DNA from: an uncultured Muribaculaceae bacterium
Lineage (GTDB): Bacteria > Bacteroidota > Bacteroidia > Bacteroidales > UBA932
Direction of reading: 5' to 3'
NCBI GenBank assembly: GCA_964649555.1
Contig: CAZYQA010000001.1
Span: forward strand, 1-40,149
Length of the DNA: 40,149 nucleotides
Under the pieces are notes generated by a model. The model worked only from the letters and a program-made list of their open reading frames with translations, did not search any database and was not told the origin of the DNA. A program made the translations under genes and the position numbers. Below are positions 33,746 through 40,149 of the stretch, one piece after another (position 1 is the first letter of the stretch; every line of letters begins with the position of its first letter).

Positions 33746-34789
33746 ATGGAAAAGAAACAAGGCATAGGCTTTTTTGAACGATACCTGACGATTTGGGTAG
33801 CTCTGTGTATCGTTGTGGGAATTGGCATAGGTCAATACATCCCTATTATACCCGATACGTTAAGTAAATTTGAGTATGCTAACGTGTCGATACCTGTAGC
33901 AATACTGATTTGGTTGATGATCTATCCGATGATGCTTAAAGTCGATTTTCAGAGTGTGAAAAATGTAGGAAAGCGACCCAAAGGCATTATGATAACCTGT
34001 GTTACCAATTGGTTGATTAAGCCTTTTACGATGTTTGGTATTGCGTGGTTATTCTTTTTTGTGATTTTCAAAGCATTGATTCCTGCGGATTTGGCAAATG
34101 AATACCTGGCAGGTGCGGTACTACTTGGTGCAGCTCCATGTACGGCGATGGTCTTTGTGTGGAGTTATCTAACAAAAGGAGATGCCGCTTATACACTTGT
34201 GCAGGTTGCCGTAAATGACTTGATTATCCTTGTGGCATTTGCCCCTATTGTAGCATTCTTGTTGGGCGTTGGTGGTGTAACGATTCCTTGGGACACGTTA
34301 TTGCTATCAGTTGTGCTGTTTGTGGTAATTCCGCTATCGGCAGGTGTACTGACTCGCGCGTCGATAGTAAAACGCAAAGGTATAGAGTACTTCAATAATG
34401 TATTTGTGAAGAAGTTTGACAATTTCACAATTGGTGGACTGCTTTTGACATTGGTGATTTTGTTCTCGTTTCAGGGGGAAACAATACTCAATAATCCACT
34501 ACACATTCTTTTGATAGCTGTACCACTGATAATCCAAACAGTAATGATTTTCTTTGTTGCCTATGGTTGGTCTAAAGCGGCAAAATTACCTCACAATATA
34601 GCTGCTCCGGCAGGAATGATTGGTGCGAGTAACTTCTTTGAGTTGGCGGTTGCCGTTGCCATATCACTGTTCGGTCTGCAGTCGGGAGCTGCACTTGCTA
34701 CGGTGGTAGGTGTATTGGTTGAAGTTCCTGTTATGTTAATGTTGGTTCGTATCGCAAACAATACACACAGGTGGTTCCCTGCAAAGTAA
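33746..34789 (+). CDS. acr3: ACR3 family arsenite efflux transporter
   Basis: 347 aa, polytopic. Reads [23 protein letters not shown], and P...[14 protein letters not shown]. Confidence 0.9.
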   Translation: MEKKQGIGFFERYLTIWVALCIVVGIGIGQYIPIIPDTLSKFEYANVSIPVAILIWLMIYPMMLKVDFQSVKNVGKRPKGIMITCVTNWLIKPFTMFGIAWLFFFVIFKALIPADLANEYLAGAVLLGAAPCTAMVFVWSYLTKGDAAYTLVQVAVNDLIILVAFAPIVAFLLGVGGVTIPWDTLLLSVVLFVVIPLSAGVLTRASIVKRKGIEYFNNVFVKKFDNFTIGGLLLTLVILFSFQGETILNNPLHILLIAVPLIIQTVMIFFVAYGWSKAAKLPHNIAAPAGMIGASNFFELAVAVAISLFGLQSGAALATVVGVLVEVPVMLMLVRIANNTHRWFPAK

Positions 34790-34817
34790 GTCAAATCTTA
34801 AAACAATAATAAATAGT

Positions 34818-35567
34818 ATGAAATCATTAAAAACAATTTTAATGCTATTAGCAGTGTCGTTTTCTGTAATGAGTTGTTCTGCACAAAAGAGTAATGATAC
34901 AGTAAAGGAACAATTAGCTAAGGCAAAGGAGAAAGAAAATACCGTATTCATGGTAGTAACGGATAGTAAAACACCTGCTGATAAGCTAACCCAACTTATA
35001 ACGGAAGCTACGCAAGAGTTATCGCAAACACAAATTATCCAAATGAACGCAGACGATGAAAAGAATGCTGAATTGGTTAAAGAGTATAGACTTAGTGGAG
35101 CACCGATGCCACTTGTACTTCTTTTCTCAAATAAAGGATTAATGTTGGGCGGAATGATGGAAGAACAAGTAACAAAAGAAAATATTGTTAATGCTATTCC
35201 TACTCCTAAATATAGCGAAATTACGTTTGCACTAAGTCAAGGAAAACCTGTATTGGCGATTGTCTCAAACAGTAAATTCAAAAACGATAAAGCGGCAAAA
35301 GAAGTTTGTAATACAGCAAATAAGGAGATGAACGATAAAGCCGAAATAATTGTGATTGACACCGAAGATGCCAAAGAGAGTAAGTTGATAGAGATGCTTA
35401 ATATTAAAGTGAAATTAGAGGATAGCTTTATAGTAGCCATTAACGGACAAGGAATTATGTCTGGACGCTTCGATGTTATACCAACGAAGGAAGATTTAAT
35501 CGCTGCAGCAACAAAAGTAGTACAAAGTGGTTGTGCTCCGGGTGGCTGTGGACCGACTTGTGATTAG
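34818..35567 (+). CDS. Hypothetical lipoprotein: two tandem thioredoxin-fold-like repeats without CxxC, plus a Cys-rich C-terminal tail
   Basis: 249 aa. Has a lipobox (VMSC). An internal duplication is visible (ENTVFMVVTDSK... versus GKPVLAIVSNSK...). The tail is SGCAPGGCGPTCD. Confidence 0.5.
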   Translation: MKSLKTILMLLAVSFSVMSCSAQKSNDTVKEQLAKAKEKENTVFMVVTDSKTPADKLTQLITEATQELSQTQIIQMNADDEKNAELVKEYRLSGAPMPLVLLFSNKGLMLGGMMEEQVTKENIVNAIPTPKYSEITFALSQGKPVLAIVSNSKFKNDKAAKEVCNTANKEMNDKAEIIVIDTEDAKESKLIEMLNIKVKLEDSFIVAINGQGIMSGRFDVIPTKEDLIAAATKVVQSGCAPGGCGPTCD

Positions 35568-35574
35568 TCTATAA

Positions 35575-35600
35575 TTTAGCCACAATAATATGTGGCTAAA
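35575..35600 (+). terminator. Hairpin after the lipoprotein gene (possible terminator/attenuator between the two modules)
   Basis: Perfect 10-bp stem TTTAGCCACA / TGTGGCTAAA with a 6-nt loop, 8 nt after the stop codon. No clear U-tract follows. Confidence 0.45.
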
Positions 35601-35612
35601 AATTTAAAAACA

Positions 35613-35633
35613 ATGTTCGTATAAATACGAACT
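35613..35633 (+). promoter_or_regulatory. Operator-like palindrome, site 3
   Basis: ATGTTCGTATAAATACGAACT. Here the palindrome extends to GTTCGTAT-AA-ATACGAAC. It ends 16 nt upstream of ATG 35650. Confidence 0.55.
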
Positions 35634-35649
35634 AAATAATAATAAAAAC

Positions 35650-36153
35650 ATGAGTAAAAAAAGAATTATTGGAACAACGTCAGTAGGAATACTATCTTCG
35701 ATACTGGCATTTTTAGGGGTGGTTTCATGTTGCGGACTACCCATCATAGCCGGAGCATTAGCTTGGCTTGGAATCGGAGCTTCACAACTTAGCTTCTTTG
35801 CAGAATATCGTCCGATATTTATCGGCATTGCCATTGTTGCCCTTCTATTTGGATTTTGGCAAGTCTATTTCAAAAAGAAATCTTCTTGTTGTTCTACAAC
35901 CTCTTGTTGCGGAACTCCGAGCGAAGAAGAAAAACCATCAAAATCAAATCTATTTCAAAAGATTTTTTTGTGGATAGGAGCAATCGTAATTGTATTGATG
36001 CTTATTCTGGGAGAACAGAATGCTCCCGCAGAGCAACAAAACAATCCCCTATCACCTCAAATTCAGTTGCAGAACAGCTCTTCAGGTTGTTGTCCTTCTG
36101 AACCTGTACAAGAAACAAAAAAAGAACAATCGGGTTGTTGCCCTCAACAATAA
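35650..36153 (+). CDS. MerT-family-like membrane protein with extra Cys-rich loop and tail
   Basis: 167 aa. TM1 has a vicinal CC (VVSCCGLPIIAGAL). AEYRPIFIGIAIVALLFGFWQVY parallels the MerT EPYRPLFIGAALVAL... segment. The cytoplasmic loop reads SCCSTTSCCG. A third TM helix is present, and the tail carries SSGCCPSE and SGCCPQQ. Confidence 0.65.
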   Translation: MSKKRIIGTTSVGILSSILAFLGVVSCCGLPIIAGALAWLGIGASQLSFFAEYRPIFIGIAIVALLFGFWQVYFKKKSSCCSTTSCCGTPSEEEKPSKSNLFQKIFLWIGAIVIVLMLILGEQNAPAEQQNNPLSPQIQLQNSSSGCCPSEPVQETKKEQSGCCPQQ

Positions 36154-36159
36154 AATAAA

Positions 36160-37071
36160 ATGAATACACTTTTAGATACATTACAGTATTTCGTGCTTAT
36201 CACGCTGGAGTTGATAGCACTCTTTATGCTCATTAGTGCCATCGTGGAGATTATATTGATGTATATTCCACAAGAGACGATCCGTAAAAAATTGTCGGGC
36301 AAAGGTATCACAGGAAATGTTTTAGGAGCTGTTTTTGGCTCACTAACTCCATTTTGTGCATGCTCTACAATTCCTATGACCGTAGGTTTCCTCAATGCAG
36401 GAGTGCCGTTTGGGTCAGTTATGTCGTTTCTTATCTCCTCTCCACTTCTAAACCCTATCATCATCGGAATGTTAGGTGCATTGGTTGGTGTGAAAGCCGC
36501 TATCATCTATTTCGCTATTGCGTTTGTCTGCTCGGTAGCATTTGGAATTATATTGGAAAAGATGGGCGGCATCAAGTATGTAAAAAACGTACGAGTTAAA
36601 CCAAGTTGTTGTTGTAACGGAGCTGCCGAAGAGGTGGTTGATAAACGAGCATTGCCATTTGGTCAAAAGGTGAAACTTGCATTTAAAGCTGCGTGGGATA
36701 GCCTACGTCCTATTATGGGTTATCTGCTTATTGGTGTTGCTCTTGGTGCAGGTATATATGGATATATGCCTGAAGATTTTGTAGTAAAAATTGCAGGAAG
36801 TGACAACTTGTTTGCAGTACCTATTGCGGCGATTTTAGGAGTTCCGCTTTATATTCGTGCCGAAACTGCTATTCCTATTGGTTTGGCTTTGATGGGTAAA
36901 GGTATGAGTATCGGGGCTGTTGTCGCATTGATTATCGGCGGTGCAGGTATGGCAATCCCTGAAATGACAATGCTCGCCAGCATTTTCAAGAAGAAACTTG
37001 TAGCAATGATTGTTATAACAATTTTCTTGACTGCGGTTATTGGAGGTTATTTGTTTAACGTATTACTATAA
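36160..37071 (+). CDS. DUF318/ArsP-type predicted permease
   Basis: 303 aa, polytopic. Reads SLTPFCACSTIPMTVGF and SSPLLNP, has a central loop with PSCCCNG, and its second half repeats the fold. Confidence 0.75.
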   Translation: MNTLLDTLQYFVLITLELIALFMLISAIVEIILMYIPQETIRKKLSGKGITGNVLGAVFGSLTPFCACSTIPMTVGFLNAGVPFGSVMSFLISSPLLNPIIIGMLGALVGVKAAIIYFAIAFVCSVAFGIILEKMGGIKYVKNVRVKPSCCCNGAAEEVVDKRALPFGQKVKLAFKAAWDSLRPIMGYLLIGVALGAGIYGYMPEDFVVKIAGSDNLFAVPIAAILGVPLYIRAETAIPIGLALMGKGMSIGAVVALIIGGAGMAIPEMTMLASIFKKKLVAMIVITIFLTAVIGGYLFNVLL

Positions 37072-37083
37072 AAATATAAAATC

Positions 37084-37266
37084 ATGGAAGATAAAAAGGA
37101 AAAGAAAGGTTTTTGGGCTTCATTATTCACCCCTAAATCATGCGATTGTTGTTGTGGTACTCAAATCGAAGAGGTCACAGAAGAGGATGCTCAACAAGTA
37201 GAGCAAGAAAAACAGGAAGATAAAAAAGAGGATAAACCGACCTGCGATTGTGGAGGTAATTGTTAA
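37084..37266 (+). CDS. 60-aa Cys-rich acidic peptide (candidate metal/metalloid-binding protein)
   Basis: MEDKKEKKGFWASLFTPKSCDCCCGTQIEE...KPTCDCGGNC. Eight Cys fall in two clusters separated by an E/Q/K-rich linker. The gene is packed between two permease genes. Confidence 0.5.
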   Translation: MEDKKEKKGFWASLFTPKSCDCCCGTQIEEVTEEDAQQVEQEKQEDKKEDKPTCDCGGNC

Positions 37267-37283
37267 TTGATTTAGAAAGTAAT

Positions 37284-38252
37284 ATGATACAAGATTTTGC
37301 CGATTGGTTGGTGTATGGGGTCTTTGGATTGGATGCCGCCTCACACCTTGGAGCAGCCGTAAACTTCTTCTTTTACGACACGATAAAGATTCTTATTCTG
37401 CTCTTTTTGATTAGTGCGATTATGGGAGTCGTAAATGCATACTTTCCTATCGACCGTCTACGCAATTTTCTAACAACACGTAAGTTGTACGGGTTTCAGT
37501 ACTTCTTTGCGGCTTTGTTTGGAGCGATAACTCCGTTTTGTAGTTGCTCGTCTATTCCTCTATTTATAGGATTTGTAAAGGGAGGTATTCCACTTGGAGT
37601 AACATTCGCATTTTTAATAACATCACCTCTTGTCAATGAGGTTGCAGTCGCTATGTTCTTGGGGACATTTGGACTTAAAGCTACGCTGATTTATGCAATT
37701 TCAGGTATTTTACTAGGAACTATTGGTGGTTTTATTCTCGAGAAATTCAAGTTAGATAAGTACTTGAGTCCTTGGGTTAAGCAAATACAGGCTCAATCTG
37801 AGGCTGAAACGGCAGAATGGGAAACTGCTCATATCCCTTTTATGAAACGACTACCAACAATCATTAAAGATGCGTGGGGAATTGTTCGTGGTGTGCTGTT
37901 GTATGTAATTATTGGTATTGGTATCGGTGCTGCTATGCATGGATTTGTGCCAGAAGGATTCTTCGAGACTTACCTTTCAACCGATAAATGGTATAGCGTT
38001 CCATTAGCTGTGATTCTTGCCGTTCCGATGTATGCCAATGCCGCAGGTATCGTTCCTGTGATTCAGGTGTTTGTTGCCAAAGGCGTACCACTGGGCACTG
38101 CCATCGCCTTTATGATGGGTGTTGTAGGGCTATCGCTACCGGAAGCAACATTGCTCAAAAAAGTAATGACTTGGCGTTTGATAGGGATATTCTTTGGGGT
38201 GGTAGCTCTGTTTATTATTCTTTCCGGATATCTGTTTAATATGATTCTGTAA
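37284..38252 (+). CDS. DUF318/ArsP-type predicted permease (paralog)
   Basis: 322 aa from ATG 37284 (MIQDFADWL...). Reads AITPFCSCSSIPLFIGF and TSPLVNE. The ORF-track start at 37260 is a TTG that overlaps the previous gene. Confidence 0.75.
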   Translation: MIQDFADWLVYGVFGLDAASHLGAAVNFFFYDTIKILILLFLISAIMGVVNAYFPIDRLRNFLTTRKLYGFQYFFAALFGAITPFCSCSSIPLFIGFVKGGIPLGVTFAFLITSPLVNEVAVAMFLGTFGLKATLIYAISGILLGTIGGFILEKFKLDKYLSPWVKQIQAQSEAETAEWETAHIPFMKRLPTIIKDAWGIVRGVLLYVIIGIGIGAAMHGFVPEGFFETYLSTDKWYSVPLAVILAVPMYANAAGIVPVIQVFVAKGVPLGTAIAFMMGVVGLSLPEATLLKKVMTWRLIGIFFGVVALFIILSGYLFNMIL

Positions 38253-38710
38253 TGAAAAAATACAAAGTATATATTCCGGTCGTACTAATTGCATTAATGT
38301 TCTTTTCGCTGATTATTTTCCGAAAAGATATGGTTAAATTTATATCTCAAAGTAAAATAGAGCAATTGGCAGTTTCCACGAAAGATAAGATAGCAGATAG
38401 TATTGCAAAGAGATATGACTACACTCAAAATGGCGAAAGCTATCAATATACTTTCCTCGAATTTGGTTCGACAGGTTGCCACGCCTGTCGCCAAATGGAG
38501 GGAGTAATGGAAGAGATAAAAACTAAATACATAGGAAAAGTCAAAGTTGTATTTATTAATCTTCGTGAACCTGAAAATAGGGATTTAGGAGACTACTATG
38601 GTATTGCAACGATACCAACACAAGTATTGTTAGATAAAACAGGAAAGGAATTTTTTCGACACGAAGGGTTTTATTCGGCTGAAGAATTATCTGAACATTT
38701 TAAAATATAA
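38252..38710 (+). CDS. Membrane-anchored thioredoxin family protein
   Basis: 152 aa. Has an N-terminal TM helix, then FLEFGSTGCHACRQMEGVM (CxxC) and a TIPTQVLLDKTGKE thioredoxin-fold segment. Its start overlaps the permease stop (TAATG). Confidence 0.8.
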   Translation: MKKYKVYIPVVLIALMFFSLIIFRKDMVKFISQSKIEQLAVSTKDKIADSIAKRYDYTQNGESYQYTFLEFGSTGCHACRQMEGVMEEIKTKYIGKVKVVFINLREPENRDLGDYYGIATIPTQVLLDKTGKEFFRHEGFYSAEELSEHFKI

Positions 38711-38758
38711 GCTAAAATCAAAATCGAGAAATAGAATGTAAACACACCTGTAAAAAAT

Positions 38759-39598
38759 ATGATGTGCAAAGAAACAGAAATAGAGTGTTCATTTGTATAT
38801 AGTCACTACAATGTAGGTGATATTAGAAGTTGTAAAAAGTCTGACTTTCACGTATTGGTATTTTGCATTAGCGGACATGTTAAAGTATTGGACAATCTAT
38901 TCCCAGAAGAATATTTATGTGCAGGTGAAATTTTGTTTGTGCCACGTGGAAGAGATTATAAAACATTAGCTTTAAGCGACTCTATCCTTTTGATTCATTG
39001 TTTTTCTAATACGGTGTGTAAAATAGAGAACTGTATATTATCATTTCTTTATACGCATAAGCAGATTTGCACTGACACAAGAAAACCATATTATTTTAGT
39101 AAGTTGCCGACATGTGAGCAACTTTCACATCTTTTAGATGGTATTGGTAGTTACATCTCTGATGAAAAATATGAGCCGAAGTTGTGGGCTATGAAGCATA
39201 AGGAGTTAATGTGGCTCTTTACGAAATATTACTCACATGAAGAACTACAACTCTTCTTTCATCCAATGATCGATGAGCAGATACCATTCAAAAGTTTAGT
39301 GTTGGCACACTATCGCAAAGCGGAATACACCGATAAGTTAGCCGAGATGTGCGGCTATCCGTTATATACGTTTCGCCGAATTTTTAAAGCTGAATTTGGC
39401 ATTTCTCCCCACAGATGGCTCACAATGAAACGAGCGGAGCTTATTCAATATCGTCTATCGCTACACTATATTCCATTTTTGGATATTATAGAAGAGTTTA
39501 ATTTCTCTTCTCCTCAGCAATTCAACCGTTTCTGTAAAGAAAATTTAGGGGATTCACCAACTGCTCTACGCAAAAAGGCTCTTAGAAAGAAATTATGA
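38759..39598 (+). CDS. AraC family transcriptional regulator
   Basis: 279 aa. The N-terminal region looks cupin-like. The C-terminal double HTH reads LAEMCGYPLYTFRRIFKAEFGISPHRWL...FSSPQQFNRFCKENLGDSPTALR. Confidence 0.85.
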   Translation: MMCKETEIECSFVYSHYNVGDIRSCKKSDFHVLVFCISGHVKVLDNLFPEEYLCAGEILFVPRGRDYKTLALSDSILLIHCFSNTVCKIENCILSFLYTHKQICTDTRKPYYFSKLPTCEQLSHLLDGIGSYISDEKYEPKLWAMKHKELMWLFTKYYSHEELQLFFHPMIDEQIPFKSLVLAHYRKAEYTDKLAEMCGYPLYTFRRIFKAEFGISPHRWLTMKRAELIQYRLSLHYIPFLDIIEEFNFSSPQQFNRFCKENLGDSPTALRKKALRKKL

Positions 39599-39800
39599 AT
39601 AAAGCATATACAGCATATTATTCTCCCAAAATACAATAATGATAAAAAAGAAAGGGTATATAGTATTTATTTGATTTTTAGAATTATATTATGTTGTTTG
39701 TGTTTGATAGTTGTAGCAAAATTACTATCTTTGCAAAGACAAAGTTGTTCATTGAGATGTAAAGCAAAACTGTGCTAATTTCTGCGGTTCGCTCGTTTCT

Positions 39801-39812
39801 AAATCGTTAGCT
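39801..39812. repeat. Right copy of the subterminal 12-bp direct repeat AAATCGTTAGCT
   Basis: Identical to 26613-26624. Confidence 0.5.
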
Positions 39813-39876
39813 ACGCAGATTTTAATAACTTCAAGTCCTTGATTATTAGCTGAGAATAGGATTTTGTCTGTCTTCC

Positions 39877-39883
39877 GCAATGA
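39877..39883. repeat. Right copy of the 7-bp direct repeat GCAATGA at the integrase break point
   Basis: Identical to 26470-26476. Integrase-family similarity of the 39811..40143 ORF stops exactly here (…RLIYHC|GRQTKSY...). Confidence 0.6.
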
Positions 39884-40149
39884 TAGATAAGCCTACGTTC
39901 TATATTACAGAGTTTTGCGATGATTTTTAGGTTCTTATTTAGTCTGCCACAACTAAGCATCGGAAGCAGTTTTCCATCTTTGGCAATACCTCTATACTTC
40001 TCGATAATCTGTTTGGGTAACTCCAAAAGTGGAATATCACACGGTGTTCCAGTCTTTTGTCTGGAAGTTCTAATCCATAGCACCCCATCATCGGCTTTTA
40101 CTATATGGTCGGGTGTGAGGTTGCAGATATCACGATACGCCAAGCCAGT
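39877..40149 (-). pseudogene. Central part of a tyrosine integrase, 3'-truncated; the N-terminus lies beyond the window end
   Basis: ...AYRDICNLTPDHIVKADDGVLWIRTSRQKTGTPCDIPLLELPKQIIEKYRG...NLKIIAKLCNIERRLIYHC aligns with the corresponding region of the 24984..26267 integrase. The next 22 codons down to the stop at 39811 are unrelated. Confidence 0.8.

Larger units (their letters stand above)
26470..39883. mobile_element. Inner integrative element / genomic island of about 13.4 kb, inserted into an integrase gene of the outer element
   Basis: Bracketed by GCAATGA direct repeats at the two integrase break points. Carries its own tandem integrases, a RhuM-like gene, an HTH pair, a repeat-rich non-coding region, the ArsR-controlled ars/thiol-redox cargo and an AraC regulator. 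Confidence 0.6.
22070..40149. mobile_element. Outer integrative (mobilizable-type) element, decayed and interrupted; the right part runs past the window end
   Basis: Carries a mob pseudogene, an excisionase-like HTH pair, a cargo gene, one intact integrase and one split integrase. The N-terminal part of the split integrase lies at 39877-40149 and beyond. The left boundary (somewhere in 21.9-22.07 kb) is not defined by any repeat I could see. Confidence 0.45.

Noticed and set aside
35650-36153. Interpreting the MerT-like gene as evidence of a mercury-resistance (mer) operon.
   Set aside because: No merA, merP, merR, merC or merD-like gene is present anywhere in the window. The gene sits behind an ArsR-type operator among ars-associated families.
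815-38494. Many 60-160-aa ORFs in the track lie antisense to, or overlap, long well-supported genes. Examples: 815..1003, 2594..2860, 2706..2966, 3410..3745, 5119..5598, 6270..6617, 7645..7986, 10825..11082, 16013..16444, 16817..17272, 18708..18968, 28552..28821, 32237..32455, 34189..34428, 36144..36506 and 38294..38494.
   Set aside because: Each is fully embedded in a gene with clear family motifs on the other strand or frame. Their sequences are low-complexity or hydrophobic with no recognisable motif, as expected for shadow ORFs in AT-rich DNA.
26506-39810. Search for a tRNA or tmRNA gene as the integration target at either end of the inner element, and in the other intergenic regions of the window.
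   Set aside because: I saw no T-arm or acceptor-stem-like sequences (such as GGTTCGAATCC or its complement). The junctions instead fall inside an integrase coding sequence.

Overview
Low-GC window that looks Bacteroidota (Bacteroidales-like): type V pilin-like lipoproteins, CTn/NBU-type tyrosine integrases and TAnnTTTG-type promoter boxes. It has three parts. (1) 1-11.4 kb is housekeeping: rpsA, rnz, an S41 C-terminal processing peptidase, mltG, a GH73/LysM glucosaminidase, cdd, an SRP RNA missed by the ORF track, menA, a DoxX protein and a large outer-membrane beta-barrel protein. (2) 11.5-21.9 kb is a tightly packed minus-strand surface-appendage operon. It encodes an OmpA-fused barrel, an Mfa2/FimB-like lipoprotein, three paralogous pilin-like lipoproteins with C-terminal DUF1566-type modules, and a TMTC/PMT-like GT-C glycosyltransferase with TPRs. 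A membrane-tethered LytTR regulator follows. (3) 22-40 kb is composite mobile DNA. An outer integrative element carries a decayed mobilization gene, an excisionase-like HTH pair, an AT-rich cargo gene with an RNxxxH (HEPN-like) motif, and tandem tyrosine integrases. Its first integrase appears to be split by an inner element of about 13.4 kb bracketed by a 7-bp direct repeat; joining the two integrase fragments restores an in-frame gene. The inner element has the same layout in mirror image: tandem integrases, a RhuM-like cargo gene and a convergent HTH pair. It also has a repeat-rich non-coding region and a two-module arsenic/thiol-redox island marked by three copies of a 21-nt palindromic operator-like site. 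Module 1 holds arsR, a Trx-like protein, a CxxC lipoprotein, a CcdA-like protein, arsC, acr3 and a lipoprotein. Module 2 holds a MerT-like Cys-rich membrane protein, two DUF318/ArsP-type permeases, a 60-aa Cys-rich peptide and an anchored thioredoxin. I found no CRISPR array, rRNA or tRNA. All domain calls come from reading motifs by eye; no database search was run.
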